64,000 nucleotides of DNA from Tricharina praecox (taxonomy: Eukaryota). Position 1 is the first letter of the stretch. The number at the start of each line of letters is the position of its first letter. The notes beneath the pieces were generated by a model that saw only the letters and a program-made list of their open reading frames with translations, was not told the DNA's origin and made no database searches. The translations under genes and the position numbers were made by a program. The stretch lies in assembly GCF_024521635.1 (NCBI RefSeq), contig NW_026250425.1:248001-312000 (forward strand), in the 5' to 3' direction. Of the stretch, positions 14,019-28,200 are shown piece after piece.

Positions 14019-17000
14019 CTGGAACACTGTTAGGCACAGTGCATTAAGCAGGAGAATCGATATTTGGCAGTTGAAAAGCCTCTGTTTTAACTTCCAGCAG
14101 ATTGAAGTGGTGCACGTTCAGGATATGGCTACTTTGGCCGAGGACTGTGGGCGATGTAGATGTAGACGTGGTCGAAGATTTCAGCAATTGCAGGTGGCGA
14201 GATAGCGTCTGTTGCACTGGTGCTCCGTAAGTATCTGGTGATATCCGATCAGTAGTATCATAATCACGGTCAGCGTGTCGTTTTGAGAGGAATTGTTGGC
14301 GATGCCGTCGGTATATAGAGTACAGTTATCGCACCATTGCGTCATCTCGTTCCATGCGATAGTGGCTGCTCGCGTGTGTATCCATGGCAACCCCTCCGAG
14401 ACCCCCCCGAGCAAGCGACTGTAGGGATGATGGAAGTCGGAAGTCGGTCTCGGATTTCTCTTTTTTGCTACAATGGTGTACCCTCGTTTGAGCCGAGAGG
14501 CGTTCCGAGCTGCTATGAACCGTGGTGTTGGCCCTGGTGGGCGTTGCTTAGGGACCGACCGAGAGTTATTCCCCGTGTGTGTACATCCGCTTTCGGAGCC
14601 TGGTCTCACATGAGCTCACGGCCTCATCGATCGCTCCCGTTCTGCCAGTTCGGTCTTGGAGAGGAAGCGAATGCACCAGCCGACCGATTTCCATCCTATA
14701 TGTATCCCGGCAGAGGCCGTGCTAGAAGATCGACAGTCGTGGATGTCGATCAACCCGAGCCGCCATAACTCGGCGGGAAGGCGGGAAGGCTGTCGAAAAA
14801 GTAGCGAGTGACTTTTTGTGAAGAAACGTGGGCTGATTCTATTCTCTGACGGATGGTCTGATTGTTTGGGATGGAGTTTTTGCGAAAAAAAAAGTTGACC
14901 GTTGGATGGCTATCGGCGTCAGGATTTATGTAAATGGATCGTAAATTTGCTTCGCAAATAAGATTTTGGCGTGGGCTCCAGCCGAAAGTTTGGTAGTCGC
15001 TGCTGCTTCTTTGGTATGTGGGGCCAGTGCGAAGAGAGAGAGAGGGAGTCAGAGGTGGTGGTATCTCATTCGCCAAATCGATTCTCATGTGCAAGTTTTC
15101 GGTCGTCAAATGGTAGTAATTCAGTGCTAGGAAATATCTCATGCTGCCCTGCTACCATTGGGAGGATATCAGCCTGGTTTTACCGTCCCGTCGGGAAGGG
15201 AGGGTTGGGGTTGTGACGTAGAATGACACTGCGGCTCACCGAAGTGAAAGCGGCAGTTGCGGAGAAACGGACCGCGCCTGATAAAAACAAACAGATGGGA
15301 GAGTTCCTTGGGAGAAGTCTTGTAATTTCCCTCTGTTCGACACGGCTCCACGTGGATAAGTACAGTGGTAGAAAAGGGGGGAGGGGGGAGTGGAGACGGG
15401 ATGGTTACCACACTCCCACAATACGCGGTGATAAGGTGGTTGGTATTTAGGGGATTGTTGTGGCTCCAACGCCACATCCCAAACCGTTGCCGACGTATTA
15501 CGGAGGTTATTGCACATGGGAGTGGCATTGCTCCGATTGTTTTGATCCCATTTCTCGTCACTGTGACTTCGAAAAGTTGGGAAATCGCGATCTGGAATCG
15601 ATACCTAACCTAGGGCTTTTACTATACATGGTCTCTACCGTGCCGGCGGCTGTTCACCGCTTCGCAGGGCATCCATCAGATCGGCGCAAAAAATATATAT
15701 GGACCTTTCGCACAGCCGAACACACTTAGTCGGATACCGGAAGTGACCCCTATTCCCGTTAACCGCTCTAACTATCGCCGAGTAACTGTCGCGAGCAATT
15801 CACGCCTAAGATATCGCGGGAAAAGGCTTAACTTTGATCTGCCGCCTTGTGGAGCCTGTACCACCGGCATGGTGTGGTGCGGGGTTATCGTGGCCTTTGC
15901 ACTTTCCTCCCGCCCATGTAGGTATAGTTGAATACTACCGCCGTACTATGCCTTTATGTTTTGCCTTGCCACGCCTCTGGTGCCAGTGGATAATCAGTCC
16001 ATCTCTCTCGGGCGGGCTCCATGTATACGGTATCTACGCCGGTGATGAAAATAATAATACTGGATGCCCGAATTCCTTTACACAGCCCGATTGACGGCAG
16101 CCACAGCTTGCTTGTTTGCTTGCTCTCTCCATGCACGCGGGGCATACACGCACACGTCTAGCATCGCCGATAGTCAGCCTTGTCCGTGTCCTCCCTACGT
16201 CACTCTCTCTTACGGTTCCCAGCGCGCATTCCGTTCCAGTCCGCCTGCCAGCTATTTGCCTGGACCTTATCCTGGCCCTGGATTCGAGCCTGATGTTGGC
16301 GAGGGGGGGAGGGAGGCTTCACTCGCCACAATGACACCCAGGATGCCGACGTAAGGTTGGCGAGAGCGAGGGTCTTCCGTAGAACTTGCCTTACTAATCC
16401 GCGCTCCAACAGGCAGAAGCCTGCAGCGCACCAGCCCAAGTGGAGACCGTGCACGCACACATCCGTCAGCCCAGCCCAGCTAGCCCAGCCAGCCGAACCA
16501 GCCAGACCGCCAGCCAGACAGACCGCCAGCCAGACAGACCGCCAGCCACAGCTAGCCAGCCAGCAGCAGAGTGGGAGAGCGCGTACGCATACGCATCCGC
16601 ATCGTTTCCTCATCACAGACAGGGCAGCGTCCTTTACAGCCCCATCCCACATGAATATCTACCATGCCATTTCACATCCGCGAGCTGATTCGTTCTTCCG
16701 GTAACCGTCTCCGTCTCCGTTCCCATTCCCCATACCCACAACTATTACTGCAGCCCTTCGACACCAGAGACATTTTTTTTTGGAACCTGCAATCGGAGTG
16801 GGAAGGGTCTTTGGGTCAAATGCACGCCACATTGTTGTTCTAAGGATTGGTTTTCCGTTCATGCGGAATGCAGGAATTGAGACCCAGCTCTCCGTCAAGT
16901 CACAAGAATTCTCCCGAAGTACATACGCAACCTGAGCTGTATGGTAGGTCGAATACCTACCACTCTTTCACGACAGCGAGAGGGGGTCATCTAAGAGTAA

Positions 17001-19424
17001 TCCGGAGTGTAAGGAAGTGGTTGCTAATACATATGCCAGTTAAAGGCCCTGCGCGTAGCCAACCGGCTGCTCGGAATGAGCTCTAAATACTGAGTTGGAT
17101 TTACTGCTCCAATCTGTTCATGGCGCACGCCATTTTTTTGTGTCTATCATCTCGGTGAATCGCCGAGTGATGGTAAGATACTTTGCAGGCGGGAAAAGTT
17201 GTCACTTTGCATATGAGGTAAGCAGAGACCCCGCATGCTACGGAATTCCATCGGATATTGAGAACTGATTGCTATTCGTATTGCAGATTTTGGACACTCG
17301 GCACCCTTGCGATGGCACACCTAAGCCCCCACGCAACAACAACAACAATAACGACCTATGTATCTCTTGGGTGTCTTGGCTCAAATTAACCACATATGCG
17401 GAGGAGTCACAGGTTCCGAGCGCGCGCGCTGCGAGGAAGCGGGGTGACCGGAGGAGGTGGAGGTGGTGGTGGCTGAAGCGGCCCTGCCACGTCGACATAG
17501 GGAGGCGAGTTGGTGGAGAAGAGACGTCTCTGGAGTTCGCCGAAATGCACCCTACAGTCCCATCCGTTCGTGTGAAATCTCGTGAGAGCTCCCCCCTCAA
17601 CGAAGCCAAAGCTTCTCCGACGTGCCGACGTCTGTGCTACCGGTCAGTCGAGGTCACCCTAGCGAGGGGGGCAGATTGCTGTGGCATCAGGGGAGTTGTA
17701 TTGCCTCTCACCGAAAGTCCTGCAGAAAGCACGGCCAACCAACCGCGAAGCCGTGACCTTTCTGCGGACTCCGGAGCAGTGGGCACTCCGGAGTCTGCGA
17801 TTGCTGCAAGCCACAAATAGGAGAGGACTAGGGACTTCCCGTAAGTGTCCAGCGTCGATCGCGATACGTTAGGCGCCACTGCACCTAGCCATCTGCGAAC
17901 TTTGCGTTTGCACTGGCGGGCCAGGGCTGGGGGGGAGCGTGACCCAAAGCAACAAAGTGAGCGGAATAATCCAGCAATTGGCCACCCACATGGGCACTTA
18001 CTTAATAAACAAATGCTCCCCCAGCTCCTACCCTTCGCCAGCAACCACTGTCTCTCTCTCCCTTCCGCCCCCCATCTCCCCCCACCCCCATCTTCCCCCC
18101 ACCACCCACCTCTCTTGTTCTTCGCAAAGAGGGAGGGCATCCCTGAATGGCTTATCGTCGGCGTTGTGTCGGTAGTGGCAGCGAAAAGAAAACCGAAGCC
18201 GGTCGTCGGAGCCCCGCCGTCAACCTACAACCCAAAGCCTGCTTGGCCTCGCTCAGCCATTTCAGCAAAAAAAAATTAATAATTTGGGGGCGGAGACTCT
18301 TACTCATTTCAGCGTCCTTTAGCCACCTGCGGCGGAAAACGATGAGAAAGCCACATCTGTTACTTTAGCGAGGCGGTGCCCTGCTAAACGTCTAACCAGG
18401 GTTCCTTTGGGAGCGACTGCCTGCTTGCCAAACCGCTTGCTGGGCATTTCAGTCTTTTTTCCTGGAAGCCATCGCCTAACCATCGTCAAACCGTTCCGTG
18501 ATCGTCCCGTCCGACCCACCCGCCCACCCGCCCGCCGACCCGCCCGCTCGAGACCTCACAAGGAACGAATGCTGCTTGACGGTGTATGTCGATCTGGCGG
18601 TTCTCCGATGCTGTCGGTGGTCGATACCACATTGCCCATCTGTCGTCATATCCGGTCCTGGGTTCCCACCCTCCACCGTCCAGTTGCCTCGCAGGCTGGA
18701 GAAAGGCTGCCGGGTGGCCATATGGAATGTCAACAAGCTGTACTGGACCGTCTTCAGGTACATACCTCACCGCTATGGTATCGTTCGGGGTGTAAAGAGA
18801 CTGATGGAAGCTTGAAGCCGGTTGCCGATTCTCGCAATCGGTGGTATGGTGTATGATGGCCACCATGCAGCACAGCCATTTACTGGGAGCTAATACCAAC
18901 CGGCAACCGGCTACCGGCAGCTTGACGAACGCCTCGAGTTGGTTGGGTTCTCATGGTTCTTGAGAAACTCCGGAAGCCGCGAGCGCTAGAAGCCTAGGGA
19001 GAGACTTTGTTCGCGAAGCCGATGCGTCAACTAAAGTATATATGCGAGTGTCCGTTGCAAATCTGGCCTTTCCCCTAGCGACCTGAGCAACACCCGGATC
19101 CTTTACCTTGGCAAAGGGCACTCATGCAAACGCAAGTCTGAAGACGTTTAGGCGACCGCTACGGGTTGGGAGCCACTGATGCACGTTCTCGTGTAAAGGG
19201 GGGGGGAATGGGGGAGGGAGAAACAGCTGAGGAACAGTCCGCTGACTAATTTTTTGACATCGACACTGCAGAAAGAAGGCAACAAGCATCAAAAGAAAGA
19301 AGAACGACTCGCAAGGAACTTAACTGGAAGAATGACAAGAGCTCCAGAAACACGACAGGCGAAATGCAAACAGCCCCACCCCCCACTCAAAACACCCTCC
19401 GGCATCACCACCCCTCCGTTCACC

Positions 19425-22224
19425 TCAACCTTTAGTAAATGGCGGCAGATAGCCCGAGCTTCCCGGCTCATGCAGGAAATTCGGCGCGGGAAAGTATTGC
19501 TTCAGCACATCACTGTCACCGATGCGGCCATCCTGCAGTTGCGAACCCTGCGAAGAGGCAGCAGCAGCCTTACTTCTTCGGCGTTGACCGTTCACTGGAC
19601 CTTCGAACCGGCGGTTCACCCGAGGAGCAATCTGTCTCAAGAGTTCCGATAACTCGTCGCAACACCTTTCTGCACCTTCGTTCTTCCCCTGAAACGATAT
19701 GGCATCTAGCCACGAGATCAGGTTGGAGGCGTCGTCGAACATGGCATCGCAATGCTCGGGGACGTGTGCGGCGCGGTACGCCAACTCCAACAGGATCACC
19801 GCTGCGGCGGACACCGCAGTGTGTAGGATACACCACCAGGGGCCCAATCTCATCGGATTGGTCGGATCGGCTGCAAGTCCGTGCACGATTAGGGTGATTA
19901 TCTGGTGAGCCGACTCGAGGCAGCTGACGGCTGATTCTTTGACGAATTCCTTGAACGTCGGTGGGATTCCCAGGTATCGATCGTGATCTGGCCGACGAAG
20001 ACACGGGCGATTCAGGACCATCATCGTGTTGTGGTAGCGAAGTGCAAGGTCGATTCTCTGTTCCAGGAAGTTTTGGGAATCAGTCAAGCCGTTCAGTCTT
20101 CCTCTGTTCCAAGAGTGTGGCATACCTGATGGATGAAAACCTGATCCGTTTGCGATTTCTGGAAATCGAGCGACTCGGGGAGATCCTTTTTCCACCTCTG
20201 GAGGAAGCAATCGAGCAGTTCGATATCCCTACGCAGGTTTTCCAGATTGTCGCCTCCTTGGAACTCTGATCGGGGCGAGTACAGGCGTGCCATGGTCTCC
20301 GCCGTGATTGCCGACAGGCTCGTGCAAGCCACCATGTATGGATCTGGTGTTGTAGGATCGATCTCTTCTGGCCCTCCGACGGTAGTTGTTCGGAGCATTC
20401 GCGGGACTGGAGCGTTGCACGCACGTTCCTGGATGGCGGACGGCCGTCCTGTGGCCAGGTACAGCACCGAGTCGAGATAGCAGAGGGAGTGCCATACACG
20501 CAGACGCAACTCTTGTTCGAAGATGGCTACGTCCGGAGAATCTAGCTTAACATGCTGCACCTGGGTTATCTTTCGGTCGGAACCACGTGCGCCATCCGGG
20601 GATACTTACCAGTCCTATTCCGTACGCCATTCGAACAGCCAGACCAGTGATGTTCCAGGCTCTGGGTTTGCATCAGCATGGCGACCGTTAGCAACGATGA
20701 TCGAGGAGGGGAAACATACTTGTTCGTATGTTGGCTCGCCAGTAAATACATACTGGTCAAGGCCCAAGCTTGCAACTGCTCCAAAGTGGCTGTTGCGATC
20801 CCAGAAACTCCATCCAAGGCTCCCAGGACCCGAGCTCTCATGAAATAGTTGGTATGGTCGATGTCCCCTGGCTCGTCTTCTCCTAAAAGGCTTACGAAGG
20901 TCTGACCGATGGCGAATACTAGGTTGAGCGTGGTCCAATTGCAGTTTGCCATCGAGATGGTTGGATTCATGATAAATCCATAGATCTTTTCGACATCATC
21001 GACGAGGGACTGCTTCCATATGATGGGAAACAGGGGATGGACGGTCGTGAGGTAAACCGAGATTAGTTTATGGGCTGTTGGTTTGCTCGGGACGAAGAAA
21101 GGGTCGATCTGATCCGTCCATTGGGAAACATCGGTGTCAAGATGATATGCGCTGCCTTGACGTGGGGTGAGAAACGACCTCTTCTCTCTTGTGGTCGGTC
21201 TAATTACTTACATCGATGGTGCATTTTGAGGTCCAAGTTCTCACTAGTCTGTTTATCATTGCTGAGTTCCCACTCTACTCGGCGAAGCAGCGCGATCCCG
21301 CTTCCTTTCCCCATATAGCCGAGTAGGTCGTTAGCATTGCCGTCATAACCGTCCGCGACGGCGTCTCGAGAAGGGGATGCGATAAACTCGGGCGACGTTT
21401 CCGACTCGGTATCAGAAACGGAAGCGGGGCCACGGAGTCCAGGTGGAACGGAATAGGCGGCCAACGCTGGTGAAATCGAACAATCGAGATTCTGAAGGTA
21501 TCAGCAGTCGTTGAATTGTATGAAGAATTTACAAGACCGAGGGGAGTAAGTACCGAAGCCAGAGCGTTTTGGATGGCAAGCTGACTACTGGTGTCCGCAA
21601 ACCGATGAAGGCCTTGAAGGAGTGTCGTATATGTTTTGACCCGGATCTCAAGGTCATGCAGTCTCCTACGAAAAATATCAGCCTTCCGCTCGTAGGCCGA
21701 CGGCCAGCAACCCAAGTCCAGCAACCGGAGATTCGAAAGCGATGGGTTGGCGGAGGTCGGTATACTTCGCGATCGCTTCCTTCTTTGTTCCGCCATAGAA
21801 GCAGTCTACTTTGTAGTCCGTACAGTGTCCACATATCGGTCTGCTCCATAAAGTCAGTAATCGTTTTTGATCTTTCCTCCTTTTCCGACCGCGCATCAGA
21901 AACCTTCAGACGCGGGGATCGTGACTCCTGAGTCTGGGGTGGATCTGGTTATCGGAGGGTACGGCAGAGTTGTCGAAGGGTACGGCAGAGTTGCCAGGAA
22001 AAAACCGGGCGTTCAGACCTTTTCCCATCACACTTGGTACAGGTCATGTCAGCTAACCCGAAATGCTAATCACGGGGGAAAACTCCGTACCATGGTACGC
22101 AGGTGACACTTACTTTTACTTTGCGCTGCCTACAAGGCTCACAGGCGCGAGGAATATTACGCCGTGGTTCTTTTCCCACGATGCCGTCATCCGCCGGGCC
22201 GATGGACGATGAAGGCCTCATCAT
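19425..22224 (-). CDS. Zn(II)2Cys6 transcription factor with fungal-specific (Fungal_trans/MHR) domain, ~8 introns
   Basis: Spliced Zn cluster CEPCRQRKVK|CDGKR|PICGHCTDYKVDC. MHR motifs VHPLFPII, AWNITGLAVRMAYGIGLH, RLRVWHSLCYLDSVLYLATGRPS and LNRPCL. All introns are canonical and phase-consistent. The start codon is approximate. Confidence 0.9.
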
Positions 22225-25200
22225 TGATGATACGTCCAGCTCTATCTGTGCTATGGTGTTGCCTTCAACAACATTCGGCTTTGGGCGGCGAGAAACGAAA
22301 TAAATAGGTGGAATCGTTGTCCACTCCGGACCATGCAGGCAGCAACTGCAGAACGGGCGGGACTATTCGACGAACGAAGATCCTTAAGTACATATGCTCG
22401 TTGTCCGTTCTCATGGAAAAAGAGGGATTGGCTCAGAATAGTTCCACCTTCTTCGAATGCGATGACTAAGTGCCACATTGACCCTCTGATTGGATCGCAC
22501 GTTTTTCCAGGAATTCTGCTGATGGCATTTGATATTCGCAGGGGCAGGGCTAATACGTATCATCGCGCGATGGGGACGCCACCGACCAGGTATCTTCCGG
22601 TGATGCTGATAGTAAAGCACAACTTCAAACGATCATGCACACATGGACCAGTCCGCTGCCACTGGGTTGAATACTAGCGAAGTATGCGGCGATCGCGAGA
22701 ACACGGAAAATGCCTGCGAATTTCGCAACAACAAAGGAAGGCAGTGCTCTTGGCCATGGTGTTCTCCCGAATAATCCATCGCTCCTGTGGCTGCTGTGGT
22801 GATGGATCGAAAAAAACCGATGGTTTTGGGGGGACAAGTGTTTTTGGCTGCAGCCACACATGCACACTGCCACACATCGTCCAGCCACACCACCACAGCC
22901 AAGCGAATCAGTGACGAAACGGCGGAAAATTAGGGATAGCTAGATACAAGCACAGCACCGGCAATTCCGTACATACCAATCTCTCCGATCGTGCTCTGAC
23001 TGTGCATTCCGATCTGAAGGCACCCACGGCTGGATGAGGAGTTACTGCCGAAAAATCATACTGGCTCGCCTTGCGAGACGGCCAGTCACGACCGAGCTTA
23101 TGTGGGGATTGTCGACGTGGGGTGCCGTTTCACCTTTCCTTCAGCCGAGCTTGAGTGGAATTGGAACTGGCCCGCAAGGCCGGTTGCGGAGTGATCACGG
23201 GGAAACGCTACAGCGGACCATCGAAAGCCCGTGACACTGAATCGGCTAGCCAGTCGGCATATGTTTTGACCAGAGGCCGACTCTGATTGTCCCCAATCCT
23301 TCAAACATCCAACCGGCTGTTGGTGTACGCACGCTTTCGCGCCACACCACCTCGACGATCGTGGATCGAGTCTCTATTACTTTCTAGACTATCTAGCCTG
23401 GGACCTCTCCCGGCGTGGCACTCAAGCTCGGCACTATTACACGCCCAAGACTAGGCAGCACCTCTCTACCCTTCAGTTATACACTAGTCACCTTATTCCC
23501 TGGTGGGGGTTTTTTTGCAACCTTATGTTCCAAAACTTCTAGTTTTCATCCATTTAGGACCTGCGGCGTGGGTAGCGCGTAACCGGGAGCGATTGCTGTG
23601 CGGTGGTTCGGTTCTAGGCGGCGGATTGAAGGCCCGAGGTGCAGCGGGCACCGGTGTATGTGGCGCTCCAACCCTCCCCCCCTCTCCAAGAAAAAAGGAA
23701 AAAACAAAACAGGTTTACGATTGTATGCCATTATTACTCACAACCGGCCAGCTGGCTTTCGACATATTCATCTGCAATCGTCCACTCGGTCCGTGCAAAT
23801 ACACGTCACATCAGTCATCGCTAGCCATGGTGGGAGGTGGAAGGGGAGGGGAAATATTCGCGGGCGGTGTCAGATGAACGGTGGTCCAGACCGAGCAGTG
23901 AGGCAATTCGAACTGGACCACGGCTGGCTATTCGAAAAAAAAAGTGGCCATATGACCAAGCTGTTCCAGGGAGGCTTGGAGTCATGAAAACTCCATGGGA
24001 TGCAGCGGGAGTGCATCGGATCGTGACTCGTGAGTCCGATCAACGGCGAGTGGGCATGCTGAGACTGCATTGCAGGTGTGTAGCCCCAAATCCAATCTCC
24101 TACAGAACGGCACTGTGCACTGGCCGGGCCGACGAGGATCCGACTGATGGTCCTCCTATGGACCAAACTCAGCATCTCCCCGCTCGCTCGCTCGTGTCTC
24201 GGTGTTGATATCTGCCATAGTTTGGGATGAATTGAATCTTTAGTTTTTTGCATATTCTGTAGCAGGGGGGGTAAAGGGAAGATATCCGGAGTAGGTGATT
24301 ATATCGAAATCTCCAAGTTTGCAAATGCATTCGGCTGCGTAAGTGCAGACGGTGCACAGGCGCTATCTTCGAGGTGTTCCCGATCCCTCGACGGTGACGT
24401 CTTGGCGAGGGGCATGGCATACCCAATCGAAGTTCCAGTGAATCCGGCGCAAACCCATTAACTACCTCTTTGGCTGCAAGTGACGTGTAAGTGGTGGGAG
24501 TAAAGGGTTGGGTAATCGAACACTCTATAACTCGATACCGGACAACGTATCCATCCAACGATCCGCAGAGACCTCGAAGGCATGTACCTGATGGGCGGGT
24601 AACGAAGTAGGTACTCCGGCTACCGCATCATCTGTTTGGTGGCAAACTTTCCCCCACAATCCCGACAATCGGGTTGACAGCAACAGTAAGCCCATGAGGA
24701 GGAGAAGATGGAGGTGGAGGTTCGGAGGGGGGTTGGTGGGCTGGGTCACCTTCTGCCCTTTGTCACCTCCCCACCTTCCCCCCTCCCCCCTTGATGGCGT
24801 GTCCAGCAACCAGGTCAGCTGCAAATATGTGCTGGCGAGATTAATCTACTTGGGAATCGAAATGGAGAATTAAAGACGTTCAGCTAAATCCCACAAACCT
24901 ATTTTCCATTGCTAGTGCGGGGCCGGGCAATGTGCCACAGAGGAAGTCCGATAGCTACGAGTAAGGTGTCATCCGTACTCAAGCTTCCCGATGCTGATGG
25001 AAAGAAAGCTCAGAATACAAAGCGGCATGCATCGGCAAGAACAGTGCCCGACACGACACGACACAACATGATAATAGGAAAAGTTGCTGGTATGTGTTCG
25101 GGGTAATTGCGGGGTGTCATTATACTGCAGCCAGTGGGTATCTTCAACGGACGGACCGTTAACGCCGCTGTCGGACATATGTATGTACAAAACAACCAGA

Positions 25201-28200
25201 AAGACGCAAGACTCGAAGCCTCCTGGTCTCTCTCATTGCTATTTTTTTTTACCGGCAACGGAGCCATTCCTACGATCCTGGCACAAGTTCGAGCCAGCTG
25301 GCAAAACCAAAACCAACCAAAGATTTCTGGTCGCAGTTTCGTGCGCTGCAGGACCACACACATCGGACAAACAGGTGCCGCGCCATGCGATATGAGACAG
25401 AGATGCGCAATTTTGTTCGACGAACGCTTCAACGGACGGGAGTGAACCATGGCCCCTTCATCGTTGCTACAGCTGACTGCCTGGATTCTTTTTTTCATTA
25501 TGTGTGTGTTCGCAGGTTTGCGTCCGCGTGTACGTACTCTCTAGCAAGCACCACCAAATCCTGTGGACACCTGGAGACCCTCTCCCACACGCCCATGGTC
25601 CACCCAAAACAACATCGTCTCGTCGTCGCCTCGGCAAACATCTCGCAACGAATAATTTCACTGAATCGTGTCCGGACCGAACACCTTGATCCTGCAGCTA
25701 CGAGGATCGGCCAGCTCTTTACTCTGGAGGAATTTCTACCGAGGGGTTGTGCTGGTGGGGGATCGAACTATCCGCTGCGCTGGTTGATTTTTAACTGCCT
25801 CACCGTTACCGCCGGACTTTGGTGGGACACGCTTGGGTTAGGGTTACCATTGTCCACAACGAAGTAAAGCGGGCTAAGCAAAGAAATCCTGCGATCGAAG
25901 TGTGATGCACAACGCCTTCCCCACGACTATCAAATAAAGCCGAGAATATAACATGAGGACTCCAACTATGCGGATACCCATTAGTGAAGTCCAGAGAAAC
26001 ACGGCGCCCGCCGGCAACCCGAACTGAAAATTCCTGATGGTGGTGAGATCCGTCCTCACTCCCCGCCCAACCAGCATCAGGATAGGAAGTACGGTGCATA
26101 CGGTGCTCGACGGGTCCGTACCCGTACAAAGACCGAGTCTTCTGCATGATGCTCCAACGTTTCGGGAATTCTGCATGGTTGATTTCAAATCCGAGGGGAA
26201 TGTGACATAACATTTAACTATCTTTGGTTGCCCGTCGTCGCGGGAAACCACCGGAGTCTGAAGATGTTCCACATTGTGGGGCCATCATTGCTCTCGCCGC
26301 CGCCGCCAGCAGCTGGGGGGGCAGGTGTGAAGGGAATTTAGCTCGGTCTCTCTTCTCTCTTCGTTGCCGTATTGCTGGATGCAATGACTGCCTCTGCTTG
26401 CGTGCATTTCATATGTACGGCCATCGCGATCCCGTCTCTCGTCGGGTAGGTCTGTCGAGAAGTGGCGTTTCGCGTAGTTATGCGCACCGAGAGACTCTCG
26501 TCCATGGAGGTTGCGCGTTGGGTTCGGCAACCAGTCCGCGCAGCATACCTAGGGCGGAACACCGCGGCCGTCCACAGCCAATCGAGCGGCATAAGCGAGT
26601 GACGGCGCGATGAGCGAAAGCGTGTGTGCCGGATAGTTAGCCTCCCCAGGGTAGTTAGGTAGGCAGCTCCTCGTTTCCCCAGCGCGATAAGACTACTACT
26701 CAGAGCGGACGGAGTAACGGCGAGGCGGACTGCCGGGACCGTCGTTGCACAGCCAGCGGCGATACCAAGCATTAAACAGTCTAGAGTGGGCTGCGGAGGC
26801 AAATCCACCGTGCCACTCCGATCATGTGTCGATCAACGGCTAACGGAACTTGTTTTTGTTGAAATAGGTACATGCACACATACATACTTCACATCGCAAC
26901 CACCAGCAGCATCAATCGCGAAGAAAGGTCCCATGTACAACCGACCGTCCCCAAGCTCCGCTATCGAGAACTATCCGGGTGCCGTGGGTACCGGTCTCCA
27001 ACACTGTCCCTGGGTACTGGGATCGACCAGGACTTATCTCTGCCGATGCAATACTGCCCAACCGGCGGGTATGTACATGGTCACGTCCGAATCGGGTGGC
27101 CGGTGGGACTGGAAGTCCATCGCCAAATCCACGTCGAACCTACCGCCGCGATAACCTTCCCATCCTAGTTACTCGCCTTTGCCTCCTCCGGGGGAGGTCC
27201 TCTTTCTCCCCATATTTCGATGGAATCGGCTGCTGATTTCGCCTTTTTGCACTTTTGGCACCTGCGGCGGGAGCAGGACGCGGATGCCGGAATGCAGCGT
27301 AACGAGGGTTTCCGGCATGCAGGGAGGGAGGGGGAGGGGGGGTAAAATCTGGGGTCGGTATTCGGAGGATTGTATTCGGGGGATTGTTTTCGTTGGCTGC
27401 AGTGACGCTTTTGAGACAGTGTGTGTATATCCGCCGTACCCTGTACCTAGGGACCTTGCGTGTTGTCGGGGGTTTTCTTATTCTCGATGAACTTTTACCG
27501 TATTGTGTTGGAATGGAAATCTAGAATTGAAGCCTTTTTTTCTTTCGTGAGCCGCCCGTAACCACAGTACAGTGTGTCACCGCCGGTGTGCTGTCCCGCT
27601 ATTGCGGTGACAGCTATGTACGCCCGCTGCTGGGCTTGCCAAGGGGGGAAGCTGTTTGATCGTCCCGCTCGCTGACCGCATGGCGTCCACGTGCTCCCTC
27701 GCCGGCCCCATAACCCCAAAACCCCAGAACGTGGAGACGGAGAGCAGGTGCGCCACGGGTCGAGGTATGTAGCAATGATGCCTTTTCGAAGAAAAAAGAA
27801 GCCGCGGGCAGTACCGGCGGTCGAGTGATATCTTGTGATTTTCTGAAACGGGCATCGGGGGTTATAGAGCTTTTGAGCCTCGCCAGTCTGTGGAGAGTGG
27901 TTTCCCACGGCAGGGCAGTGCGGTACTGGAGATTAGGCGTGACCAGGCTTACTAACAAGAAGTAAGAGGGCGGAACGGCGCCTGCTGTGGTGTGGGTGGT
28001 CGTGTCGACGGAAACTTCGGGCTGGGAATGGCGCCGACGGAGGTGGGAGGGGTGGGCTGGTACAGGCGTTGCCGGATACAGACTACCAGTCAGATTCGTT
28101 GAGGGATGCGTCTGGATGCCAAATAGATGCCTAGCATATCTATTATCCGATAACAATAGAACGACCGGCCTGGGGGGGTCCTGGTCTTTGGTTTTGCCGG

